Position numbers and translations under genes: made by a program. DNA of 58,915 nt, counting the filler. It is 6 parts of 6 records of this genome, joined end to end, with 100 filler letters (N's around TTAATTAATTAA, not from the genome) between each part and the next. Parts side by side here need not be neighbours in the genome. Positions count along the whole stretch, not along the records: positions 27,931 to 39,906 come from SRR31147125_20011; positions 40,007 to 45,380 come from SRR31147125_20034; 4 more parts are not named here. One strand, 5' to 3'. The notes under the pieces are model-generated. The model worked only from the letters and a program-made list of their open reading frames with translations. It was not told the DNA's origin and made no database searches. Below, piece by piece: positions 31,578 to 43,377 of this stretch. The stretch's first letter is position 1, and the number at the start of each line of letters is the position of its first letter.

Positions 31578-31725
31578 AATTAGATATCCTAATATTTAAA
31601 TTATTACATAATCCATATCAAAAAACATACTTCCAACAGTACCCTAATAAATATATAATTATTCATTAAAAACACAATACGTTAAAAAGTGCAAAACTGT
31701 ATTTTCCATCAACTTCAGTTGAATA

Positions 31726-31755
31726 AAAAAGCCTTACCCTATATCGGGTAAGACT
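31726..31755 (-). terminator. Terminator after hemB
   Basis: CTTACCC/GGGTAAG stem with a T-run on the minus strand. Confidence 0.6.
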
Positions 31756-31803
31756 CTGCTAATAATTGATAATTATCAATAATGTATAACATTATCATTC
31801 AGG

Positions 31804-32778
31804 TTACTTCCTGAGCCAGCGTACAGCATCCAGAGCATGATAAGTAATGATCAGATCTGCTCCTGCTCTCTTCATACCGAGCAGCGTCTCCAGCACCACA
31901 CTCTCCTCATCAATCCAACCTTTCTCAGCAGCAGCCTTGACCATGGAGTATTCCCCACTAACATTATAACAAACTACAGGCAAAAGAGTTATCTCTCTTA
32001 GCGCTTTAATAATATCTAGATACGCCAGCGCAGGCTTAACCATCAGCATATCAGCACCCTCATCTTCATCAAGGATACTCTCAAGGAGAGCCTCCCTGCT
32101 GTTTGCCGGCTGCATCTGATAGCTCCGCCGATCACCAAACTGTGGCGCACTATCAGCAGCCTCTCTAAACGGTCCATAATATGCCGAAGCAAATTTAGTA
32201 CTGTATGAGATAACCCCGACCCTCTCATAACCACCCCGATCAAGCGCACCCCGAATCTCTTTTACTCTACCGTCCATCATGTCAGACGGAGCAACAAAAT
32301 CAACTCCCGCTGCTGCCTGTGAGAGTGCTACCTTACAGAGGTTCTCCACACTCTTATCATTATTCACATACTTCTCAGCCAAAACTCCACAATGCCCATG
32401 CTCGGTATAAGCACAGAGACAGAGATCAGTTATGACCACTAATTCCGGCAATTCCGTTTTCAGCAGTCGCACAGCCTGCTGCACAACCCCAGCCTCAGCC
32501 CAGGCGCTACTTCCCTGAACGTCTTTCTCAGTAGCACTGCCAAAGAGAAGGACAGCTTTTATCCCAGCCTCCGCTATCTCACTAACAGCAGACAGCAGAT
32601 TATCAACCGAGTAATGATACTGCCCCGGCATCGCCCCGATCTCTTCTTTTACTCCCCTACCAGCAACAACAAATAACGGCATGATAAAGTCATCAGCTGT
32701 GAGGACATTCTCCTGCAGCAAACCCCGCACAGCAGCATTACCCCGCAACCTTCTCATTCTTCTCTGTGGAAACCCCAT
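31804..32778 (-). CDS. hemB: Porphobilinogen synthase (ALA dehydratase), Zn-binding type
   Basis: Motifs DLCLCAYTEHGHCG, APSDMMDG, YGPFREAA, MVKPAL.YLD and YNVSGEY. Confidence 0.96.
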   Translation of the reverse strand: MGFPQRRMRRLRGNAAVRGLLQENVLTADDFIMPLFVVAGRGVKEEIGAMPGQYHYSVDNLLSAVSEIAEAGIKAVLLFGSATEKDVQGSSAWAEAGVVQQAVRLLKTELPELVVITDLCLCAYTEHGHCGVLAEKYVNNDKSVENLCKVALSQAAAGVDFVAPSDMMDGRVKEIRGALDRGGYERVGVISYSTKFASAYYGPFREAADSAPQFGDRRSYQMQPANSREALLESILDEDEGADMLMVKPALAYLDIIKALREITLLPVVCYNVSGEYSMVKAAAEKGWIDEESVVLETLLGMKRAGADLIITYHALDAVRWLRK

Positions 32779-32799
32779 AGTGTAATGCCCTTCTGAAAA

Positions 32800-34505
32800 T
32801 TATAATATAAAATTTATTTTCCAAAGATGAGAAGCTATTTTTGCCATTTTATCCTGCCGATCAATTATTTTACTTTCATTCCATTCAGAATAATTTTCAA
32901 TTACATACTTTACCTGTTGAAGTGTACTATTATTATATTGTTCAATTTTATTTACAAATGAAGCATTACCAAGTTTTCTGTTTATAGATGTCTCTAATAG
33001 CATCATATTGCCTAACCTGCAAATAAATTTATCTATACTGTTATTATTATCTAATTCCCACTCATCTTCTGGATTTTCCGGCAATATATGCTCTATACTG
33101 TACTTATCGCTTTCTATGCTTAACTCAGAATTAGAAAGATAATTTTCTATTGAAAAGAGTAAATATCTTACAGTCTTTTTATGTCTGGGAAGAGCAAACC
33201 TTTATTAGAAAATGCACTTATGAACTCATCATCTTCTGGATAAAAAAACTTAATCTCTTTCAAAAAATCGTTTGAAGTAAACCCACCATTAGCATTAAAC
33301 ATTTTACAGGCAATTTTATTAAATTGCCTCTCTTGTTCATTGCTCTGTTTATTACAAATAACATTATATCTAATACAAAAAACAACAAGATATGCTAGGA
33401 TCTTTTCAAATTCCTTTGGATTATTATCATTATACATTGTATATGCATTAAGTAATATAACTAAAGGCTGCCGCACCCCAAACATCTTTAATAAACCTAA
33501 ATTTTTCCTTACTGCTTTATCCCATCCACCAGTATTGGGAGATCTTAAATCTGAATAAACGCTTGCCAAATCCCTTAAGTCATAAATAAGCTCAAATGCA
33601 TCTTCCCTAGTCTTTATTTCTTTCCTTATTGTCTTAAATAAATCTGATTTACGAACAAGTTTATTCTTGCTATTCCAATACACTCTTAGATAATCATGAA
33701 AATTATTACTTCCTAAAATATTAACAATACTTTCCCAAACTTTTTCCAGCTTCGAGACTTCATCATAAGTTTGCTTTTTATCATTAATCACAGAAAAAAT
33801 ATAATTTTTAAGTAAATCTGTAGTTGATAATTTAACACCTCTAGCATTAAGGGTTTCAAAGACCTTAAAGGCGTTTAATTCATCTGCGACTGTAATAACA
33901 GTAAAAAAGAGTTTATCCACAATATCATCAATAAATTGAGCTATTTTCTCACCATCATTATTTGCATAAATTCTAATTTTATCATAAAACCAATTAGAAG
34001 CTTTTTTCAGTAAACCATTAGAGCTATTTAACCCTCTATTCGGCAAACTTTTTAGTGTAACAAGGTAATCCTGATAAAAATCATTATTATGTCTATTAAG
34101 CTCAAGCTTTGATTTAGTTACTAGTGTAACAGGACTAATATATCCAATATAGCTACTTCTTAAAGTATCGAGTCTCTGAACATTTTTTTCTGACTCGTTA
34201 TGATTATCTACATACGATTGTAGAACTCGTAAAGACGAAAGTATAATTATACTTATTGTTGTTAATCTCTGCTGCCCATCAATAATCCTATGTTTTTTGT
34301 TATCTGATGACTGAAGTACAAGATATCCCATATAATGAGCATTTTCTTCATTATCCAATAGTGCCATTATATCTTGCCAAAGGTCATCCCATTCATCTGC
34401 ATTCCAAGAATAATCTCTTTGAAATGATGGAACAATATAGCTCAAGCCATTTCCCAACAGCTTCCTGAACGAATCGTTAGCAGTATTGAAGTTCATACTT
34501 GCCAT
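32800..34505 (-). CDS. DUF262-DUF1524 (GmrSD/SspE-like) ParB-like NTPase-HNH defence protein; frameshift near 33200
   Basis: DUF262 motifs VPSFQRDYSW, DGQQRLTT and FETLNARG. One extra base restores ...SIEHILP...LGNMMLL...N (DUF1524 HNH). Confidence 0.85.
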
Positions 34506-34538
34506 AGCTATTAATCCTTATTTATTGGATATACAATA

Positions 34539-34910
34539 CTAAAAATACTTTGATTTTATAAATGCATCATTTGCCCAGTTAAGGAGACGCGCCCGCTCTT
34601 TCTTATCAGCAATACTGCTGAACACTTCAAAGAGAATCTTCTGCGCCGCCCTTGCCTGCTCAAATGAATCAGTAGCAGCAAGCACCGAAGTATCTACCGC
34701 AGCAACCGGAGTTGCAGATGACGCCACTACTGCCTCCGGAGCCGGCTTCTGACCACCAGCAACTTCTGGTGCAGGAGCAGCAGCAGGCTCTTCGCCAAAT
34801 GCCTGCGCTACAATATCATCAACCGAACAGGAGCTACCAGTCTCATCCTCGACTGTCTGCCCTGCAGCACCGAGTAAAGCATCTATTTCGTCCTGATTGA
34901 CATCACTCAT
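34539..34910 (-). CDS. Small acidic hypothetical protein with an N-terminal QDEIDALL motif
   Basis: 123-aa ORF starting 3 bp after the lysS stop; Ala/Pro linker and a helical C-terminus. Confidence 0.75.
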   Translation of the reverse strand: MSDVNQDEIDALLGAAGQTVEDETGSSCSVDDIVAQAFGEEPAAAPAPEVAGGQKPAPEAVVASSATPVAAVDTSVLAATDSFEQARAAQKILFEVFSSIADKKERARLLNWANDAFIKSKYF

Positions 34911-34913
34911 AAT

Positions 34914-36434
34914 CTACTCCTCTGTATTCTCTGATTCCTCTTCTTCAGCCTGATCCAACATTTCCTGTTCTTCAACACTGCGTGGCTTCATAGTAGGAAA
35001 GAGTACAACCTCTCTGATACTGGTCTGTCCGGTCAGCAGCATAACAAGTCTGTCAATACCGATACCGAGACCACCGGCAGGAGGCATACCAACCTCAAGC
35101 GCACTTACATAATCATAATCAACTGCATTACAGTAACCCTCTTCTTCAGCAGGTGTAACCTGAGCTTCAAAACGCTCAAGCTGATCAATTGGGTCATTGA
35201 GTTCTGAGAAGGCATTACCCAGTTCCATACCAGCAACAATAACTTCAAATCTGTCTGTAAGTTCAGGATTTTCCGCATTACGCTTACAGAGCGGATTGAG
35301 ACTTGCCGGATAATGAGTAACAAAAGTCGGCTGAATAAGCTGTGATTCAACAACCTCATCCATAACCTCAGCCATAAGTTTATCTTTACCAAGCTTATCA
35401 GCATCTTCCCTGTCATACCCAGCCTTCACGAGACATGCACGCATAGACTCTTCATCCTCACTGTCAGCCCCAGCATATTCACTGATCAGATCACTCATGC
35501 GCTTACGAGGCCATGGAGCTTTGAGGTCTAGCTCATGCTTACCATACTTCACCTGAGTAGTCCCCAGAATCTTCTCCGCACAGCCACTTACCACAGTCTC
35601 GGTAAGATCCATCATATCATTGAAGTCTGCATAAGCCTGATAAATCTCGATCATGGTAAACTCAGGAAGGTGTGAAGTATCGACACCCTCATTACGGAAA
35701 CTTCTGTTGATCTCATAGACTCTATCCATACCACCGACAAGAAGTCTCTTGAGGTATGTCTCTGGTGAGATACGCATAAATAGATCTATATCGAGCGCAT
35801 TATGATGTGTCACAAACGGTCTCGCTGCTGCACCGCCGTAGATACTCTGCAGCATCGGTGTTTCAACCTCGAGAAAATCCTTCTGGTCAAGAAAATTTCT
35901 GATATAGCTGATAATGCGGCTACGCTTGACAAAGTTATCACGAGCGTCATCACTTGCCGCAAGATCCAGATAACGCCGGCGATATCTGATTTCAACATCT
36001 TTAAGACCCTTAAACTTAGCAGGAAGCGGCTCCAGACTCTTACAGATAAATCTGAATGAGGTAGCAAAGATTGTCACCTCTCCACGACGACTCTTGAGAA
36101 TAGCCCCAGTCACTTCAAGGAAGTCACCTATATCGAGGAGCTTGGTCTGGTCAAAATTCTCAATACGCTTCTGCAGGAGATTTACCTGAACTTTACCTGA
36201 GCGGTCTTTGATATCAATCCATACACTCTTGCCCATATTACGGACTGCAACCGCACGACCGGCTATAGTAACAGTCGGCGCATCATCCGGAGCAACCTCT
36301 CCTTCAGGGCACAAGCCTCTGACATGCTCAATATTTCCGGTAATTTCAACTTTTGAACCAAAAGGATCAATACCCAGCTCACGCAGTTTATTCATCTTTT
36401 CGATTCGTTCCTGTCTGATCTTCTCCTTAGCCAC
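34914..36434 (-). CDS. lysS: Lysine-tRNA ligase, class II
   Basis: Motifs RYRRRYLDL, LEVETPML, FRNEG and ELGNAFSELNDP. The GTG start at 36434 follows CAGGAG. Confidence 0.96.
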   Translation of the reverse strand: MAKEKIRQERIEKMNKLRELGIDPFGSKVEITGNIEHVRGLCPEGEVAPDDAPTVTIAGRAVAVRNMGKSVWIDIKDRSGKVQVNLLQKRIENFDQTKLLDIGDFLEVTGAILKSRRGEVTIFATSFRFICKSLEPLPAKFKGLKDVEIRYRRRYLDLAASDDARDNFVKRSRIISYIRNFLDQKDFLEVETPMLQSIYGGAAARPFVTHHNALDIDLFMRISPETYLKRLLVGGMDRVYEINRSFRNEGVDTSHLPEFTMIEIYQAYADFNDMMDLTETVVSGCAEKILGTTQVKYGKHELDLKAPWPRKRMSDLISEYAGADSEDEESMRACLVKAGYDREDADKLGKDKLMAEVMDEVVESQLIQPTFVTHYPASLNPLCKRNAENPELTDRFEVIVAGMELGNAFSELNDPIDQLERFEAQVTPAEEEGYCNAVDYDYVSALEVGMPPAGGLGIGIDRLVMLLTGQTSIREVVLFPTMKPRSVEEQEMLDQAEEEESENTEE

Positions 36435-36544
36435 TTTTAAAACTCCTGTTCTTTCTATATTAATATGAATTGATTGATTCAAAATTTTCAGCAATAAAGA
36501 AGGATACTCGCAAAAGCACCTAAGTCAAGAAGAGAGCTATATTA

Positions 36545-39118
36545 TTATGCCTCATCCGCAAAGCTGTCGAGATTCTCGGTTTTAGACAGGTAATACCCCT
36601 GAGCAAAATTAATATGACACTCCCTGAGCAGTTCCAGATGCTCCTCCTCCTCCACTCCCTGCGCTATAATCTCTATACCGTGATTACGTATAAGCTCACT
36701 CAGACAGGTATATATCGTTCTCATCCGCTCATCCCTCATCACCTCCCGCAACAACCCCTTTGCCAGCTTGACATAGCTGAAATCATAATTATTGATAGCA
36801 GCCAGCGAGTAATCACAGGCACTGAAATCATCAAGAATAACACTTATCCCCATCCCTTTAATCTTCTGAATCACCTCAGAACGAAGCAGGTTGATCAACC
36901 CTACCTTTTCATTGAATTCAAAAAATATATTCTCCGGATCTATATTATACTTTGCTATTATCCCTTCAACAAAATCAATCACCCTGTTGGAGGTAACTGT
37001 CTGCACATCAATATTGAAGAATAGTTTTTTATCCGCAAGAGCTTCCTGATCCTGACCAGCCAGATAATCGAATACCCTCCGAAGTACAATCCTGTCTATC
37101 TCCGGCATGCGTGATTTCTCCTTTGCCTGCACAAAGAAGTCAGCCGGATTGACCAGATTATCATCAATCCGCAGACGTGAGAAAAACTCATAACCGATTA
37201 TTCTGTCTGAATTGATATCAAATATTGCCTGATAATACGGTGCCACATCCTCAGGCAGCACAGAAGCCGAAAGATATTTATTGATAACAAAGCCGAAGTT
37301 CTTCTCATCCCTGCCGAGAATATAGTATTTGACTTTATTATTCTTCGCAATATACATTGCCTGATCGACACTGCAGAGCATCTCTTCAAGCGAACTTTCA
37401 TGACAGGCATTCTCTATAATACCTACCGAAAGCTCTATATTGATTTTTTGCGCACAGATAGCGTATGATTTATCCATAAACAGCATCAGATGTGTTATAC
37501 GTTCTTCAATCCCTGCCTCTGCACTCACTTTACAGGCAAAGACAAACTCATCTCCATAAATTCTGTAAGCCTTGAATGTTCTATGCGGATTGAGAGAATT
37601 ATACTCTTCTATTCTTCTGGCAAGAGCCTCCAAGCAGTAATCCCCAAAGAGATGCCCGAAGTGATCATTGATAGCTTTGAAACCATTTATATCAGCAAAG
37701 AGATAATGGGTATAAAGGTCATTACTCGAATTTGCAAAATCCCTCTGTAACGCATTCTTATTGAGCAGGCCGGTCATAGTATCGTTAAAAGCAAGAGTCT
37801 CAGTCTTTTTCAGCAGACACATATTCTCAGTGATATCGACAATAGCCCCGATAGAGGTCGCAATCTGCCCGTCAGCACCATATGATTTGGCGTGAGCAGA
37901 GAGCTTGACCCAGCGTATTTCATTATTCACCCTCACAGCACTCTTGATATTAAAGCTATTGATAACCCCTGAGGATATATTATGAATATTATCAGTAACC
38001 TCTTTTACATAGTCTTTTGATTCTGTAGCAGTAAGCGTGGAGGAGAATTCCTTGAGAGTATACAGGTTATTCTTATTCGGAGTAATGCCAAGGATTCTCG
38101 CACCATTCTCAGTAATACAGAATTTATTAGCATACTTCCCCCGATTGAACTCATAAGAGCCGAACTGCCCTGTCTTCTCAGCCTCATGAAAGATATCATT
38201 GAGTGCTTCCACCTCTTCATGCTTGACATAATTAGCAGTAATATCAACCACACTACAGACAGCCCGTTTGACCCTGCCGTCAATATAGAACTCTAACTCC
38301 GTAGCATTGAGTTCTACCCACAACCCATTGACCAATGGACAGATAACCTGCTTATACTCCCCTTCACCAGCGATAAATTTATTAAACCTATCATGAGCCT
38401 CCTGCTTGAGATTATCCTTCTCAAAGATTGCATCCAATACATTCTCCTGCGGGTAGAGTGAACTCCTCTGCTGCTCCCAGCCGAATATCCTCACCGCCGC
38501 ATCAGTACATTTGACATAACCGGGAAGCTCCTCAAAGTTATATTCAATAAAGCCAAACTTGCCTATCGCCTCACCGGCTCTAAAAATACTTGTCATCTCC
38601 TGCAACTGCCTGAGAGACTGCTGACTCCTGCATTTACTCGAAAAGTCATCGGTAATATCAGTAAATATCCCACCAACAACAACTGGCAAGCCATCCTCGC
38701 CTCTGATCAAAGCAGTACCATTTGCATCAACCCATTTGACTTCATTTATTTCCGGATTTAAAATAGGATAAACAGCATGAAAAGACTCTATCACAGTCGA
38801 TCCTAGAAACTCTTCATACTTCTGCCAGTGCCTGCTTATCTCAGACATCCCTCCCGAGATCTCTGACAATTGTTTAATATCCTTATTAAAATCACTATAA
38901 TAAACATCTTCAGCAATCTTTTTAGCAATGCTACCAGTTCCGAATAATGCCACAGCATCTGTGTTTGCATAGATCAGAACTTCTTCAGGGTTGTCAATTA
39001 TCTGGAGCCAGACATTGACATTTACCTGATTTAAAAATGGAATATATTTATTCTGAAAAAAGTCCACAGCATATTGCGCATAACGCTCTGAATTTTTCTG
39101 AAATATTTGTTCTGTCAT
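36545..39118 (-). CDS. Multi-PAS GGDEF-EAL protein with degenerate motifs
   Basis: Three PAS/PAC-like units, D.NGFK.IND.FGH..GD and YGDEF. The EAL domain reads EFF, DDFS, KLAK and QGVE. Start at 39118 or 39151. Confidence 0.85.
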   Translation of the reverse strand: MTEQIFQKNSERYAQYAVDFFQNKYIPFLNQVNVNVWLQIIDNPEEVLIYANTDAVALFGTGSIAKKIAEDVYYSDFNKDIKQLSEISGGMSEISRHWQKYEEFLGSTVIESFHAVYPILNPEINEVKWVDANGTALIRGEDGLPVVVGGIFTDITDDFSSKCRSQQSLRQLQEMTSIFRAGEAIGKFGFIEYNFEELPGYVKCTDAAVRIFGWEQQRSSLYPQENVLDAIFEKDNLKQEAHDRFNKFIAGEGEYKQVICPLVNGLWVELNATELEFYIDGRVKRAVCSVVDITANYVKHEEVEALNDIFHEAEKTGQFGSYEFNRGKYANKFCITENGARILGITPNKNNLYTLKEFSSTLTATESKDYVKEVTDNIHNISSGVINSFNIKSAVRVNNEIRWVKLSAHAKSYGADGQIATSIGAIVDITENMCLLKKTETLAFNDTMTGLLNKNALQRDFANSSNDLYTHYLFADINGFKAINDHFGHLFGDYCLEALARRIEEYNSLNPHRTFKAYRIYGDEFVFACKVSAEAGIEERITHLMLFMDKSYAICAQKINIELSVGIIENACHESSLEEMLCSVDQAMYIAKNNKVKYYILGRDEKNFGFVINKYLSASVLPEDVAPYYQAIFDINSDRIIGYEFFSRLRIDDNLVNPADFFVQAKEKSRMPEIDRIVLRRVFDYLAGQDQEALADKKLFFNIDVQTVTSNRVIDFVEGIIAKYNIDPENIFFEFNEKVGLINLLRSEVIQKIKGMGISVILDDFSACDYSLAAINNYDFSYVKLAKGLLREVMRDERMRTIYTCLSELIRNHGIEIIAQGVEEEEHLELLRECHINFAQGYYLSKTENLDSFADEA

Positions 39119-39325
39119 AATGATATCATCACCGAAATTACTCAAACCCATACAAAAAGTAAAAAAAACATCCTCTAATTTAATACATTATATCAGCTGC
39201 TTTATTTTCGTCAAGCTGGATAATCCAGAGTAAAATTTATATTTTAACCCAAATAATTGTTTAATAAAACAAACAAATAGATATAATCAAATGTAACATT
39301 ACTATATAAAAAAGAAGAGGAGAAC

Positions 39326-39906
39326 ATGGAAAACTTTGTCTATCAGGTACCAACAAAAATCATCTTCGGTCATGGCACTGAGGAACAGGTCGGCAATGAA
39401 GTCAGCAACTTTTCCGGCAAAATACTTCTCCACTATGGCGGAGGAAGTATCAAACGCTCAGGACTCTATAAACGCATTATCAGTTCTTTACAGCAGAACA
39501 ACATCGAATATACCGAACTGAGCGGGGTCAAGCCCAACCCACGTCTATCCCTTGTCAAAGAAGGTATCGAGATCTGCAAAAGAGAGAATATAGACTTTAT
39601 CCTTGCTGTCGGGGGAGGCTCTGTTATCGACAGCGCCAAAAGCATCGCCCTCGGAGTAAAAGCAGAGGGAGATTTCTGGCAGAAGAACTACCTTGAAAAG
39701 GAACCGGTTACTGAGGCTCTGAACGTAGGAGTAGTCTGACTCTTCCAGCAGCCGGAAGCGAGTCGAGTGTCGTCAGTGTGATCACCAACGAAGAGACAGA
39801 GAGAAAAGTCTCTGCCAAAGGAGTAGCGCTGATCCCTAAGTTTGCTATCCTCAACCCAGAGCTCACCACAACCCTGCCAGACTTCCAGACAGCCTGCGGT
39901 GCAGCA
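39326..39906 (+). CDS. Iron-containing alcohol (butanol) dehydrogenase, BdhA/YqhD-like (frameshift near 39735; 3' truncated)
   Basis: Motifs PTKIIFG, YGGGSIK and AVGGGSVIDSAK. One extra base restores VLTLPAAGSESS..VITN. Confidence 0.88.
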
Positions 39907-40006
39907 NNNNNNNNNNNNNNNNNNNNNNNNNNNNNNNNNNNNNNNNNNNNTTAATTAATTAANNNNNNNNNNNNNNNNNNNNNNNNNNNNNNNNNNNNNN
40001 NNNNNN
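39907..40006. other. Artificial contig linker
   Basis: N44-TTAATTAATTAA-N44. Confidence 0.98.
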
Positions 40007-40049
40007 AATTCTTTTCATCTTTTCAATTAATTTAATTTATTATACATCT

Positions 40050-43000
40050 TTAGAATTTTAAATTAAGCCCGACTATATACATCTTTTGTGCCGGGTAAGG
40101 GGCCAGATCTACTCCTCCCCAAGTGTCAACGCCATTACTTGCTTCTGGATCATATCCACTATAATCGGTTATTGTAAATAGATTAGTGCCAGATACATAA
40201 ATCCGGGCAGAAGCAATTTTTAATTTTTCAGATAACGAAACCGGCAAATTAAACCCTAAAGTTATGTCCCTGACACGGATGTATGAAGCATCTTCAACCC
40301 ACCTGCTAGTTTCATACTTCATTCCTTGCCCGCCAGTAAATGAGGGGACATCTGTATCTTCGTTTTCAGGAGTCCACCTGTCCAATATCCTTACACTTGT
40401 TGCATCTGAATCTCCTGAAGGAATTTCAGACCTAACTCTTGAAAGATTTAATAACTCATTACCATAAACTCCCTGTACAAAGACAGTAAGGTCGAAATTT
40501 TTATATGAAAATTTATTGTTCCAACCATAGTTAAAATCCGGTTGTGTACTTCCTGTAGGAATAATATCATCCGAGTCAATTATTCCATCATTATTTTGGT
40601 CAACAATTTTCGGTGCGCCGGGAATAGTTCCATATGCCAATGCCTCTGAGGCTTCAGCATTTTTCCAAACACCATCTTGTTCATATCCCCTGAACAAGCC
40701 TAACGGTTGTCCAACTTCAAGCCACCTTGAGTTATTAAATCCAGGCATGCCAACCCCTCCAAGTGGATATCTTTCTTCATCATCCCTTAGTGCAACAACA
40801 CGGTTTTTATTCTGCCCAAAAGTAACTCCGGTTTCCCATTTTATTACCGTATTCAAAAGGGCTTCCTCCCAAATAGATTTCAAAACCTTTATTCTCAACT
40901 TCTCCAACATTCCTTAAGACACTTGCATATCCACCGGCTGCATCTGGAAGTGGAACGACCATTAAAAGGTCTTTTGTTCGTTTGTTATAATAATCAACTA
41001 TCAACTCAATCCTTCTATTAAAAAGCTGAATGTCTGTTCCAATATTATACTGAGAAGTTTTTTCCCATTCAAGGTCGGTATTTTCAATACCTCCGAGGCC
41101 TACTCCAACGCTAAGAGAAGTACCATCAATTGGATAAGCAGCATCTGTATTCAAACTAGCAAGAGATTCATAAGGACTAACCCCTTGGTTTCCTGTAATA
41201 CCATAACTTGCCCTGAGCTTAATAAGACTTATACTTTTAATATTTTTCATAAATCCTTCTTCGGAAAGATTCCATCCCAACGCAGCAGATGGGAAATAGC
41301 CCCATTTATTATTCTTGCCAAAAACTGAAGACCCATCAGCCCTGGCTGTAAAAGTAACCAGGTATTTACTTTTATAACTATAATTGACTCTCCCCATATA
41401 AGACAAAAGCGCTCTATTTACTTTTGTTGAAGTCGGAACTTGGGGATTATCTCCAATGCTAAGATTATTATAGGTGGTTGAATTAGTTAAAAACCCAATT
41501 GCTCCTGCTGTATTGGAATTAGATTGCACAAATTGCTGTTCAAAAACCCCTGTTAATGAAATATTGTGAGCATCATTTATTGTTTTATTATAACTAATTT
41601 GGTTGGTATTTTGGAGAGTCATCGATTTGCCATTGGAGATAGAAGCTACCTCAGAACCTGTTACTCCTCTTGGTTTTCCGTTAACGTATTCATTGTCTTC
41701 TGAATCAAAAAGCCGATAACCTCCGGTAATATTTAAGCTGATATCTTCAGTTACCTGGTAAACAATACCGGCATTAACACTTGTTTCATGAGAATAGTTA
41801 TCATAGATAGACTCTTTTAAAAGTGCTACCGGATTATAATGGTCTGGAGGTCCATAACCTCCTCCCGGTAACGTATAGTTGCCATTTTCATCGTAAATAT
41901 CTTTCACTGGCGCAAATATTAATGCAGATACTATCGGACTATCAAGGTCGTTACTAACGGGGTGGTCTTCTGCCCTGCTCATAAATAAATTTACATTGGC
42001 GCTGAGTTTACTATTAAGTTGAGCTTTTACATTAGAGCGCAAAGTATAGCGTTTAAAGGAAGTATTAAGGACTATCCCTTGGTTATCCAATAATCCACCG
42101 GAAATATAATATGATAAGTTTTTATCCCCACCGGTTATACTAATCGTATGGTTATTAGAAAATCCATTCTTGAATATTTCATCTTGCCAGTCGGTTCCAC
42201 CAGTTCTCCTGAATTCTTCTATTTCAGCATTTGTAAAAACAGTATTTAATCCCAATTCTGTCCTATGTTCATTTACGGTTATTGCAAATTGTTCTGCATT
42301 TAATAAATCGATTTTTTTACTTGCTTGATGTAAACTAAAATAGCTATCGTATGTAATGACAGGTTTGCCTTGTTTTCCAGTTTTTGTAGTAACCAGGATA
42401 ACCCCATTTGCCCCCCTTGAACCATAAATTGCTGTAGCTGATGCATCTTTTAAGACTTCTACCGACTCAATGTCTCCAGGGTTAATATTGCTAAGGTTTC
42501 CGCCCTGAAAACCATCAATTACAACAAGAGGATCGTTTCCTCCATTAATGGAGTTTGCCCCTCTGATGCGAATACTAACTCGTGCATTGGGTTCTGCTGA
42601 TCTGTTTTTGACAAATACGCCAGGAAGTCTTCCCTGCAATGCCTGGTCTATCCGAGGCACCGGTTGTTGGTCCAGATCTTCAGCCTTCACCGAAGCCACA
42701 GAACCAGTTATATCACTTTTTTTCATTGTTCCATAACCAATAACAACTACTTCGTCAAGTGCCTGAATATCCTCTATCATTGTAAAATTAATAGTCGTTT
42801 GACCATTGACAGAGATCTCTTCTGTTAAATACCCTATATATGAAAAACTGATTACTGCATCAGGAGAATTTAGAGAAATTGTATACTCTCCATCAAGATT
42901 AGTAACGGCTCCGTTTGTTGTTCCTTTTTCAACAATATTAACACCTGGTAATGGGTTGCTTTCTGTATCTCTAACCACCCCTTTAACAACAATCTGCTGA

Positions 43001-43377
43001 TTTTTTAAATTATTATTAGTCCCTTCTCTTACTGCAATATAGTTATCAAACACCTCATACGATAAATCCACCTGAGGAAGTACTGCATCTAAGATCTCCA
43101 ATACAGATTTATCATTAATATTTAAATCAATTGTTTGTTTTCCCTCCAGGTCTTTACTCCTATAAAAAAACCTGTAAGTAGTATTTGACTCAATATTCCG
43201 AAGCATTTCCTCAACCGATGCTTCTTTCAAAATAATATCCAACTTTGTTTTTTGGCCAAATGATGACACAGCATAAATTTGTGTCATCGAAAGAATCATT
43301 AAATAAATAGTTAGTCTCATAATTCTTAATAGTTTTTGCAACCACCTAAGGTTGCCGTAATTAACATTTTTTTTCAT
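40050..43377 (-). CDS. susC: SusC/RagA TonB-dependent transporter with an N-terminal signalling extension (frameshift near 40830-40860)
   Basis: Motifs EVVVIGYG, LKDASATAIYGSRGANGVI, L.WEKT and GYDPE, with a C-terminal F; STN and CarboxypepD-like N-terminal domains. Confidence 0.92.

Noticed and set aside
29491-31579. Long antisense/overlapping ORFs (e.g. 29677-30531, 25752-26369, 46905-47309)
   Set aside because: They are shadows of well-supported genes on the other strand, with no motifs or RBS.
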